Made by a program: the position numbers and the translations under genes. Below the pieces are notes generated by a model. It did not search any database and was not told where the DNA came from. It saw only the letters and a program-made list of their open reading frames with translations. 64,000 nucleotides of DNA, from positions 1,054,001 to 1,118,000 of the forward strand of contig NW_026782361.1 in NCBI RefSeq assembly GCF_031769215.1, given 5' to 3'. Shown here piece after piece: positions 1 through 10,545 of the stretch. This DNA comes from Ylistrum balloti (Eukaryota). How positions within the stretch are numbered: the stretch's first letter is position 1; each line of letters begins with the position of its first letter.

Positions 1-199
1 AGATTTCACTGTGGTATACTGCATATTTCCTTGTAATGTTTCTTAAACAAATACTAATGATGAATAGCAATAGTTCCAGAGAGATGTATCACTGAGATGG
101 ATGTAACAGAAGGAATGCCACAATAATCATTATATGTTCTTTAATTAAAGGTGCCTGTGTATATTAGAAATGATATAGTGTTGTTGTTCATAATGATTG

Positions 200-1445
200 C
201 CAGTTTTCAAGAAAAGGTGTTTAAATTTTTTGAAAGTCTGACCCCTGTTAAAGGAAAGGTCATTTCAGGTAAATCTATCGCATTCCATCTAAGGTACCTG
301 ATTGCAAATCATCAGGAAATAGTTTTCTAAAACTTCAAATTAATCTAAATATTTTCAACATATTTGATCCCTGTGACCTTAAAAAAAGTCAAGGTGATTT
401 AAACAAGAAAACTCCATAGCACTCCATCCCAGGTATCTACCTGCTAAATATCAGTATCCTTGATTTTATGGTACTTGAGACAAGAACTTAAGAAGAAGAT
501 CCTCTAAGATGTTTAACATGTGTGACCCCTGTGACCTCGAAAATATGTCAAGATCATTTGTATAAGAAACTTTAGTGATCCATCCTTGGTACCTGATGGC
601 AAAATATAAAAACTCTTGGTCTTCTGTAATTTGATTCTTATTAAAGTTTGAACTTATTCAACCCATGTGACCTTAATAATCTGTCAAGGTCATTTATATG
701 AAAAAACTTTGAAGTACTCCATCCTGGGTACCTGCTGGCATAATATTATGACTCTGTGCCTAATGATGGAACTTGAAAAGGTTTTCATATGTCTAAAACA
801 TATTTGACACCCATAACCTTGAAAAAAGGCCCATGTCACTTATTTGAGAAAAAGTTAGATTGCTTCACCCAAGGTACCCTTTGCATAATATCTGGCATCT
901 GAATTTCATGAAAGCTACATTCCATTCCAGGTATTGCTAGGTATTGGTCAAATATTAGTACCCTGGGTCTTCTGGAAATTAAAAATATACATGTATTCTT
1001 GCATGTAAGTTTTCTTTGCATATTTCACCCCTATGACTTCGACTTTAAGAATCATCTGAAGTCCCAGAAAACTTAGAGGCTTAATACTTTATCAAACAGT
1101 TACTCAGTTACATTACTACATCATATGAATGACGTTTACCTAATAGGTCATTCATATGATGTAGTAATGTAACTGAGTAACTGTTTGATAAAGTATTAAG
1201 CCTCTAAGTTTTCTGGGACTTCAGATGATTCTTAAAGTTTTTAACATAAATGATCCTTGTTGTTTTGAGAATACCGTGGTCATTCATATGAAGTAGACTA
1301 ATAGTACTCCAACCCCAGGCCTAATATCAGTATCAAATTGTTTATAGTCTTCTGAAAGAAGTTTACAGTTGACAGACAGACAGCAGATCCTTCACTATAC
1401 CAATAACTAACGCTCAATGTCACTGTGTGTCATTTGAGTTTTTTT
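200..1445 (+). mobile_element. Non-autonomous Helentron/pearl-like element with degenerate ~140-160 bp internal repeats
   Basis: Motif tttgacccctgtgaccttgaa...tcaaggtcatt recurs near 364, 522, 659, 803, 1023 and 1249. A GACA microsatellite-like run near 1370-1385 precedes a T/A-rich end. This layout is typical of bivalve HINE/pearl-type elements. Boundaries are approximate. Confidence 0.55.
1042..1238. repeat. Perfect inverted repeat: 92-bp arms and a 13-nt spacer
   Basis: 1042-1133 is the exact reverse complement of 1147-1238 (checked base by base). The spacer is gtttacctaatag. Confidence 0.97.
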
Positions 1446-2917
1446 AAAAAGTAAAATTTCATCCTTCATACCGATGGTTAAAAACATTGAAAGCATGGTT
1501 CTGTTTATTCATTCACGGCTTGACCAGTCAATCTTATTTTAATACTGTGAGTAAATGTTTGTAGTTGTAACATTTGTGTTACCTGACATGAAACATATTA
1601 ATATATTCTAATTTATATAGCAATAAGCTAGTGTTGATTTAATGACCAGTGATATGCTCACCTCTTGGCTTTCAGTCAGAGGTTTTGTCTTGACCCTGTG
1701 GGCTTATTGCAGAATAATGGAGTTAACTGATATATCAAAGTAATAAAGAATTATGAAACCTTCGTGATCATGTCATTATATTGGCTACAGAATTAGAGCT
1801 GCAGAGCTTGGGATGGAAGAATGCCTGATAGCTAACACAAGCTGAGTGAGGACATTAATGAAAAACAATGTATTAATGCTTTTATATCAATATTTCCTGT
1901 ACATAAATTGTACAAAACCAATTTCTTAGGAAAATTAAACCAATCAATAGCTTTAATCAGTAATTAAATCAGTCATACACGAGAGATAATTTTGACCTTG
2001 CCTGTTTTTGATTGAGGCAACATTACCAGGCAGGGATCACTTTATTACCAGCCAGTTCTGGCCACTTTTGATTGAAGTAACTCTCCTACCTTAATTTCTG
2101 TCAGCCTCACAGCGTAAGTCTGTATTCTGAAATTCAGATTTGATGAAATGTTCCACTGTGTAGCTCTGCTTCACATGTAGGGAGTATCAATGGTTGCCTA
2201 GCATCATTTGCCTGTAGTAGTATGTATTGTAGTAGCAATCTGCCAGTCTCAGTAATTCTCCGTGTGCCAGCAGTCTAAAAATAGAGCAAATTTCTTCTGC
2301 CTTATCACTGCACAATGAAAGAATAATAACCATCCAAATGGTACATCAACACTCACAAGAGCACTTTAATTTACTTTTATTTTAGATAGAGAATACATCA
2401 CTTAAAGTTCTTTTGGGATATTATCAGACAATTAATTGCACATAATTAACTATATTACAATGCCCATCAAGTAAAAACATATTCATCTCAGACCAGTATA
2501 CTTACATAAATTCCTACTGCATCTTACTGAATTTAATCGGTTTTTTTTCAGTGGTATTCCAACATGGATTTAGAAAATAAATGTCAAAATTTTAAGTATG
2601 AAGTCATATTGTCCTTAATACCTATCCTATATTATGATACACAACATGTCTTTTTTCTTTCCTAGAGTTTGCTTATTCGAACAATGCCAGATTTCTTCTG
2701 GTTTCTGGAATAAATTTAGGTATACATATGAAGGATAATTCAAATTTCAAGAGCAGATCTTTTGACATGCATGTCGATAATTTTCAAAAAGACATCACCA
2801 AATGAATGTTTATCCTTCTGTTTAACTTACATGAATTAATTAAGAGTTCACAAATTTTGAGGGGAAAATGTTTCTCAATGTAAACCATTATTTTGAGGGA
2901 AAAAAAGAAAAGAACAA

Positions 2918-3720
2918 AACAAGAAGAAAGGAAGAGGCCAAAGGGCCTTATTGGTAACCAAGTAATAACTTACTTTGTTATCAATAAGGCTACATTGTAC
3001 ATCATGCAAAGCCTATGTAAAATGTGCATAATATGAACTGCCATTCCATGCTCAGACTTATAACCACATTTAATTTGAAAATGTAATTTTCCTGTGTTAA
3101 TCCTTCCATCCATGAAGAGTATCAAATAGGTGTTTTATCATATCTGGGTATTGAGAAGATTTTTGAAATTTGAGTGTATTTGACCTCTTTTAGCCACACC
3201 CACATCAGCCCTACTAGGAGTCAACCAGGATCAATATGTGCATACCATCAAAATACCACCTTATAATCATAATGCAAATCAAGTTTGAATTATTTTCAAT
3301 AAATGTTTTGCTAAAAAATGTATTTGTTCTACTGGTATATAAATTACTTTAAACTTTACTCCCTCCCCAGGGGGATATGTGAGACCATGGGGTCATGAGT
3401 TTACAATTTTGGTAAAGCCCCTCTAGATCCTTCCATCTTTCAAGAATATTTGAATCTGCTGTATTTAGATATTGAGAAGAATATTTTAAAATACTAAATC
3501 AATTAGACCCCTTTTTGGCCCCACTCATCAACAACTGAGGGTCAACCAGGGTCAATGTGTGCATATCATCTAACTGCCATCCTATACAAATAATCCTATC
3601 CAAATTTAAACAATTCCAGATAGAAAATCAACAAATTATGCTTAAGATGTGATTTTGAACTACTTTGCCTCCTCCCCATGTTCAAATGCATATCGTTGAA
3701 ATGTGATGGTTAATTTTTCA
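2918..3720 (+). mobile_element. Non-autonomous Helentron-like (HINE) element remnant
   Basis: Starts aacaag...gaggccaaagggcc, a HINE-type start with a small hairpin. An internal block (tttgacc...gtcaaccagg.tcaat.tgtgcata.catc) recurs at ~3180 and ~3503. Confidence 0.55.
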
Positions 3721-3849
3721 ATTTAAAATGCACATTTCTTTATTATTTTTAATGACTTACATGACAAGTAAGATGTTTTACAAACACCTACTGATTTAAA
3801 TCAATGTGGTTCGACAGAAAACCCTAGCTGTCCATTATGTAACCAACCA

Positions 3850-4520
3850 GGTAACATGGGCCATGTACTGTATATATAATGTACAGGAAAGAGATACATG
3901 GAGGCAAAACAAAGTTTTATGTGAGCTAGGAAACACACTGGAGAATGACACACAGAAAAAACAGTTTTACATCAACTTTGTAAGATCTGGAAAGACTAGC
4001 AGCAATGGAACAACAGCCCACCAGGAATACTGGATAGAGCTCAGAATGTGAAGGTGCGGGCTGACATGGGACAAAGACTGGTCTTCCCAGAAGTCTTCCT
4101 ACTATGGACACAACAATGGAAAACAATGGTCATGAAACAGCTGACTGTCCCTTGGGAGGAGCGTTGCCAAGAAGCTCAAAAAGGGAAAGTATACCAGCCT
4201 TGGTGATGAAGTGAGAAGAACGTGGTGGAGATGGGGATACAGGGCTTCCCTACACGGTCCATGTAGAGGATATTCCCAGCATTGAGCACAAGATAAACAA
4301 ACCGAATAATAGCTGTACAATGACAATGACTAGCAACAACACTGGAGAAGTCATCCAGTTGGCTTGGTGGAGAATGGAGGATAAGAACTAGAAGACATCC
4401 ACCAAAGGACAGTAATTTGGCCAATCACTGTCAACTTGCTACATTTAGGGCATTCCCGAATTGGAGTCAAAATTCCAAGTGAGAGGAAGTCTTAGCTGAT
4501 GACATCAGTGGATTCTGTGA
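3850..4520 (+). mobile_element. Decayed 3' fragment of a non-LTR retrotransposon with restriction-like endonuclease (HERO/NeSL/R4 type)
   Basis: Translated motifs in the expected order: QERDTWRQNKVLCELG (cf. GRYTWRHNQVL), INFVRSG, RLVFPEV, QLTVPWEERCQEA (4138-4176, cf. ELTVPWEE) and LEKSSSWL (cf. AEKASRWLW). It has stops and frameshifts, and the PD motif is deleted. Confidence 0.85.
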
Positions 4521-4952
4521 TTAAGCAATTGATATCTAAATATTTCATTCTTACAAATATTGTTTCCCAAAGTAAATCTGAAAAACAACCATAGCCATTA
4601 TAACTGTTAACGCCGATATAAATCATTGTAAAAGGAGCAGGTAAATGTGGCTTGTACATACTGTTAAATATGTTCTCCGTCACTCACATGACCGAGCATG
4701 CTTCTATGGTGATGTGAACTGCAGTTTACTTTACTATTATGGTGAAATCAACCCCCTCATGGTAAAGTAAGGAAGACATATTTTTTTTTCTAACTGCTTG
4801 ATTTTGTTCCTTTTTCGCATTTGGTCAAACAAACCAGAGTACCACTGGAAGAAACAATGTGCATCCATCCCATGCCAAAGAAATATTCAGGATTTGTTGT
4901 GTAACCTGGTAAAAAGTTGTAATATACTGCTCGGCTAGGGAGAACTTCTCTT

Positions 4953-5020
4953 TAGCTTGATCAGTTGAGTATCACACTAGTAAGCCAGGGGGCCCAGGTT
5001 TGAATCCTAGCACAGCCATT
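4953..5020 (+). mobile_element. tRNA-derived SINE head remnant
   Basis: A-box-like tagcttgatcagttg followed by B-box-like ggtttgaatcc at tRNA-like spacing. No intact cloverleaf. Confidence 0.5.
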
Positions 5021-5104
5021 GAAATTAACATCCAATCCTAGAACCTGATGAAACTGTGTACATGCGTCAAGGGTATATGTTAGCCACATCATTAAAAAAC
5101 CATG

Positions 5105-5400
5105 GGGGTACAGGAAGAAAATCTGTTATGCTTCTGACAACAGTAGCCCATGTTCACAAATCTCACGAGACCCTGACCATTAATTAAATATGGAAAGGGT
5201 CATTGCAGCAGATATGCTGTTAAGCTTTTATAATTTAAACAGGAAGTCAGTGAAAGTGTGGCAATAATTAACTTTCAATACTTTACAAAGAATGTTGCTT
5301 AATGCTTAAAACTTAAACAAAATGCAATGGACAAGCCAGTAAAATATTGTCTAAGGTTTTATCAAGAGGTTATCAAACATCTGGCAGCTGGTCATCTTAA
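5105..5400 (+). mobile_element. Decayed piggyBac (PGBD-like) transposase C-terminal fragment
   Basis: RKSVMLLTT (cf. KxVxLLST), then from 5190 MERVIAADMLLSFYNLNRKSVKVWQ*LTFNTLQRMLLNA*NL (cf. MGGVDxxDQxLSYYxxxRKxxKWWKKxFFxLLxxxxxNAYIL). It carries in-frame stops. Confidence 0.75.
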
Positions 5401-6552
5401 AAGGCAGCTGGACACAAGTGTGCATCGCACCACACCATGGGGCAAGGCAGGGCAGGTTTATTACCTTGCAGACTCCCAGGTATTATATTGAAATTTCTCT
5501 CTCTCTCTTTCTTTCTCTTTCTCTAACACAAATACACTCTCTCATTGCCTTTGTGTCTTTCAAATGAGTGGCGTCCAAGTCCATCATGCACTACATGTAT
5601 ATCACATATATATGATAATTTATTACAATCAATGGGTGTATTTGTATTACTAATCTAGCTTGCTAAATCACTCCATACACTCTAAAGTTTTCCAAATGGC
5701 CTACACCCAGTTATTACAAAATATCAGGTCCCTGTGCCCTATTTATCTTATTGTCATAAGTTTACAAATGAATGTTGAACTAAAATCTTTCTCCTTTATT
5801 TGTGACAATTGAATATTACAGAACTGGTTTTACCATAGATATAATAAGAGTTCTCTACATGCATCATCTTAAATATTTAAATATTTAGGTAATAACTTTT
5901 CTTATCAGGTCACTATAAGAAGCTCTCATTAAAACTCAGAGGTGTATGGTTTTTCCAAATATCTTTTCTGCTCATATTCATATTTTCATCAGTATCTCAC
6001 AAAAAGATTTTCATAAAACGCTGTAGAGATAAAAAAAAATCTTATTATTTACAAATGTCTTATACCAAAATTGGTATTTGATGCTCTAAAAATCATGTTC
6101 TGTTATCAAGTGTTACAAAACAAACACCGGTTTATATTTTTTTCACTTCAATAGAAAAGAAGAAAGTTAGTTCAGAACTGTAAACAGATTCACCCCAAGT
6201 AACCTTTTGTTTGAAGGAAAATATAAGATTTCTTTTCATTTGATTACACAAGTAATTGTTGTTTGACATTGCTGTCATGGTTACTAAAAGCAAAAATGAA
6301 TATGAAAGTAAAAGTCACTTCCCTTATAGCATATTTGAAAATATTATAGATTCTAATGCGATCTACGAGAAGTGACAAAACAATTTCCCTGCGGTAGCGG
6401 CTACACCCAGCGTAAAAGTGTAGGATCTGTTGGTACTTCTTGTAAAGTACCGTCGCTATTTCTTGTAAAACGACGACAAGACAGTGAAATGAAAAGAACA
6501 ACTGGATAATGATAACTTCTAACGACGCCGAAAATCCGTGGCATGTAAGCAA

Positions 6553-6788
6553 AACGCAATCGAATTTTCCATCACGAAATTTTGTTTAAAATCTTACCTC
6601 CAAACATGGGATAGGCCTAGTAATAAAAGTACATTAGAATTTCGATGTTCCAATGGCAGAATTGTTTGTCACTAACGTAATCGAATTTTTCATCACGAAA
6701 TTTTGCTGAAAATCTTACCTTTAAACATTGGATAGTAATATAAGTACATTAGAATTTCAATGTTCCAATGTTAGAATATTTTGTCACT
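6553..6788. repeat. Tandem duplication (121 + 115 bp) in the promoter region upstream of the TTC19-like gene
   Basis: Two ~85% similar copies, 6553-6673 and 6674-6788. On the minus strand each carries ATG TTT NNA G|GTAAGA. Confidence 0.9.
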
Positions 6789-6950
6789 ATGTGTAAATAT
6801 TTGACAATTTATCAAATCTTGGGGCATACACATTTAAGACTAATTCGTAAACTTTTCAGTTAACAACTTTTGTATTCTCTGAGCGTCGCTGTAGAAAATG
6901 CGAAACTACAACGGATATGAAATATGCTAGCTGTACATGTTTCATCAAAG

Positions 6951-8669
6951 ATGGCGTCCTCAATGATAGGGAAGAAGGGTTTTCGCACATTGCAAATTTT
7001 GGCAAGAAATAAGATTATTTCACGTCAATGCCAACTACCGAAGAATATCAGATGTGTTAACTTACATACAAATCAATTTTCAAAAAGGTATAGTAGACAA
7101 ATACACGTTTAAGATAGTGTTAAAGAGATAAACTTAAAGCTTATATACAACGTTGTGTGTTGGCCTACGTGATCATGAACACGTACAGGGAATGTCCCTC
7201 AAATCATGTTAACTGTCGAAAGGAAATTTGTTGTTTTAGTTAATACTCTATAACGTAACTATTTACAGAAACAACAAAACAGCTTGACAAACAAGTTTTC
7301 TGCAACAGCTCAACCTTTAAATTTTCTGGAAAAATTGTTCTGTAACGAATTTTTAATTTGATAATTTGCATGATCCAATCACCGATATACTCATGAAATC
7401 TGACGCTAGCCCAAACACAGAGACCATCTTTCTGGTTTAGGCAGATCATCAACATCGGCATTGGAGAAAATTATAATAGCGAATTACTAAAAAGTACGAT
7501 AATGATAATCTCGGACATATTCCGATTCACTTTCCTTCACTTCAGGTGAATTTGTCGGTGATGTCAGAATGATTATAAAGACAATAGCCCTAACAGTATG
7601 CGATATACTCTATTCAGTGATAAACTTTAGTTAACAATATCAAAACTGAAAGAAATCACATCACAAAGTATTGTCTCCTACTATATACCATGTTACCACA
7701 TCGTCCATCATATTTAATTTCAGATTTCACCAGGCCAGAATTTCTGTGGGGACATCTGCAATGATAGGAGTATTTGCTGCTGTCGGACTAACAATGGTAG
7801 AATGTCATCAGGAAGGGGGTATCAAGGAAGAAATTCTTCAGTTGATTGGAGCAGGAAAACATGACAAAAATGTAGGAGAATTAGGTAACAATTTTTTAAT
7901 TTCTGCAAAGGATAAGGCTCATTTAGCTTTTAAACTAGGTTTAATAACAGAGGAAGAGAGATGCATTGTTATTGTGTTATCCAGTAAGTTAATGGGAGAG
8001 AAGTACTTACAAACAGGACAAGTAGCTCGGGCTGAATCTTGTTTTGTGGAAGCCATGGAAGCTTACAAAAGACTAGGAATTGACAAGTATGATGATGCAT
8101 CTTTGGAATTAGTCCTGAGATTAACAAACTGCTTTGCTGTGAGTGGACGTGAAATTGAAGCCAAGGACAGTTTTGATATGATAATAGACACTCAGCTAAG
8201 GAAGATCAAGGAATCAAAAACCAAGTGTCCTCTCAGCACCTACCAGATACTGTGGGCTACCCTCCAACTGTATGGTCGATTCCTTGTCATGAATAAGGAA
8301 TATGACGAGGCAGAAAATATGTTCTTTATAGCAGATGATGTCATGCAAAAAGCAAGTGGGGAGGACTTTCATAAGAGAATAGACATTTTGACTGACTTGG
8401 CTGGTATCAAGATTGTCAAGCAAGACTTTACTGGTGCTGAGGAAACATTTGAGAAGGCTATCAGAATTGGAGAGAAAGAAAATGCACCTGAAGTGTGTTT
8501 TACATACTGTTATATGGCAGACCTTGCAACAAGAATGAATGAATTTGACAAAGCAACAGAAATGTGTGACAAGGGACTCAAATTAGCAGAAAAACTTCAT
8601 GATGCAAAGTGCCATGAAAAAGCAAGTCTGTATTTAGAAAAACTTAAAGAAGCCAAACAAAAAAGATAA
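6951..8669 (+). CDS. TTC19: TTC19-like mitochondrial tetratricopeptide-repeat protein (2 coding exons, 360 aa)
   Basis: Exon 1 is 6951-7087 (MASSMIGKKGFRTLQILARNKIISRQ..., a basic acid-free presequence; donor AG|gtatag). Exon 2 is 7724-8669 (acceptor tttaatttcag|A), and the phase-2 junction gives Arg in frame. TPR-like helices GQVARAESCFVEAMEAYKRLGIDKYDDASLELVLRLTNCF align from memory with human TTC19 GQLENAEQLFKATMSYLLGGGMKQEDNAIIEISLKLASIY. A YY1-like AAGATGGCG overlaps the ATG. The sequence is divergent and could be a paralog. Confidence 0.75.
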
Positions 8670-9732
8670 AATTATTTAGTTTTTAGTGTAGTATACAGAT
8701 GTATTTATAAATGAAATACATCAATTGAAAAATAATCTGAAGCTTATAATCCTCTATCATTTCCTCAGAAATGATTCCAGTGTTCTGTCATAATCAGATA
8801 CAGCAGTAACTTTAGTAGGATTTATTTAGGTGAGTCCAGAACACCAATCCAAAATTTTTGATGAGTTGCAATACTGAGAGATACATGTAAGTGGGTTCTC
8901 TAAATTTGAGCGAGTCCCACAGGAAAAATGTGTCCAGGACTCAAATATCGGAGTCCCTGAAATCATTTGTTAGTGATTCTAATCAATGAATTTAAGAGGT
9001 CTGAAAAAAACTAATGAGGGGAATGCTTTCTGATATCTAGGGTATTTCTTTTCACTCTCCACATATATGCATCTGAGCAAGTCGAAGGTGTCACTGCAGT
9101 ATTAGAAATTAGATATTGTATTCTGTCTGTTGTTATTAACGTAATGATGCAATGTCCATCATACATATGTCGTCCATCTTATTCATATATCTAGTCAGTA
9201 GTTTTCAGGGAAGCTTATAAGCAGCTCATTTGGTCAGCAAGGACCCAAGATTAGATGGACAAAAAAAGAAAAATATAGTATTGGTACATAGGATATATCA
9301 TCAGCTAACAAGGTCTCAATATAGTAAAATTTATGTTCCTTCAGGTACTTCATTTGAAACTGTATATGGTATTGATAATGTCAATTGTTCTAATTCTATA
9401 AACGCATGACTGCAGTAGTCAAGTTTTATCACAGAAGCTGTGCCTAAGTAGCCAATCAAATAAGCTTGATAACCAGCTGCAGTGTTAATGTATTCACACT
9501 CAAAGTATTGCACTAAAATATGTTTGGGTTTATTGCAGTTCGAATGTCATTTATATACCAATTATCGTAAGTAAATAAATTCATCTATGTACAAAAATGA
9601 AATGCAAAAGTTTGCTAAATTTGATTCCGCCAAGACATGTGGGTTAATATAAAGTAGGTATTTGATAGTGGAATATTCCTCAGGACATTTGGCTTCATGA
9701 TCTCCACCTTTTTATCTATTTTTTTTTCTTTG

Positions 9733-10290
9733 TTTTTTTCAGCCCACCATCTAATAGATGGTGGGTTATTCAAATCGCCCTGCGTCCGTGGTCTGTCGCC
9801 TGTCCGTCTGTCCGTAAACAATTCTTGTTACCGCTATTTCTGGAAAAGTACTGGATGGATCTTTCTCAAATTTCATATGCAGGTTCCCCTTGGTCCCTAG
9901 TTGTGCATTGTTCTTTTTTTTGACTGATTCGAATTCAAGATGGCCGACAGGTGGCCATCTTGGATTTTGGAAGTAAAAGTTTGTTACTGCTATTTCTGGA
10001 AAAGTACTGGATGGATCTTTCTCAAATTTCATATGCAGTTTCCCCTTGGTCCCTAGTTGTGCATTGTACCTTTTTTGGACTGATTCGAATTCAAGATGGC
10101 AGACAGATGGCCATCTTGGATTTTGAATCTAAAAGTTTGTTACTGCTATTTCTTGGAAAGTACTGGATGGATCTTTCTCAAATTTCATATGCAGGTTCCC
10201 TTTGGTTCCAAGTTGTGCATTATACCTTTTTGGACTGATCCGAAATCAAGATGGCCCACAGGCAGCCATCGTGGATGTCGACAGTAATAC
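9733..10290 (+). mobile_element. Pearl/HINE-like non-autonomous element with 3 x ~155-bp internal repeats
   Basis: Terminal hairpin cccaccatc-taata-gatggtggg, then a (GTCC/GTCT)n tract. Repeats start ttgtta(c/t)(c/t)gctatttc at ~9826, ~9981 and ~10136. This explains the spurious repetitive ORFs at 9697-10287. Confidence 0.75.
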
Positions 10291-10502
10291 AGCACAAGCA
10301 TATTGTCCATTATCCACCTGTAACTGACTGCTATCTAATAATACTTTGGGATCTTTTTCAAATGATATTTGCTAATAGGTGCTTAATAAAAATATCTTAT
10401 GCCATCATTTAGTATATTCAATGAAGACCAGTTCATGAACATTTACAACACCTGTAACAAACAAAAAAAATAAACAAATCTTCAAGAACTGAAAACAGAT
10501 CC

Positions 10503-10545
10503 TCAAATGATGGGCGCCAAGATCCCTCTGGGATCTCTTGTTTTT
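10503..10545 (-). mobile_element. Isolated HINE-type terminus
   Basis: The reverse complement reads aacaagagatcccagagggatcttggcgcccatc, with hairpin agatccc-tct-gggatct at 10520-10536. Confidence 0.45.

Noticed and set aside
1660-2815. Exon-like segments on both strands (e.g. minus 2274-2090 and 1726-1662; plus 2552-2596 and 2666-2815)
   Set aside because: Splice-like signals are present, but the long minus segments have stops in all frames, no consistent phase chain could be built, and no peptide was recognisable.
7671-7723. ORF-track start of the 332-aa TPR ORF at TTG 7671
   Set aside because: This stretch is intronic. The phase-matched acceptor at 7723 joins the ATG exon at 6951.
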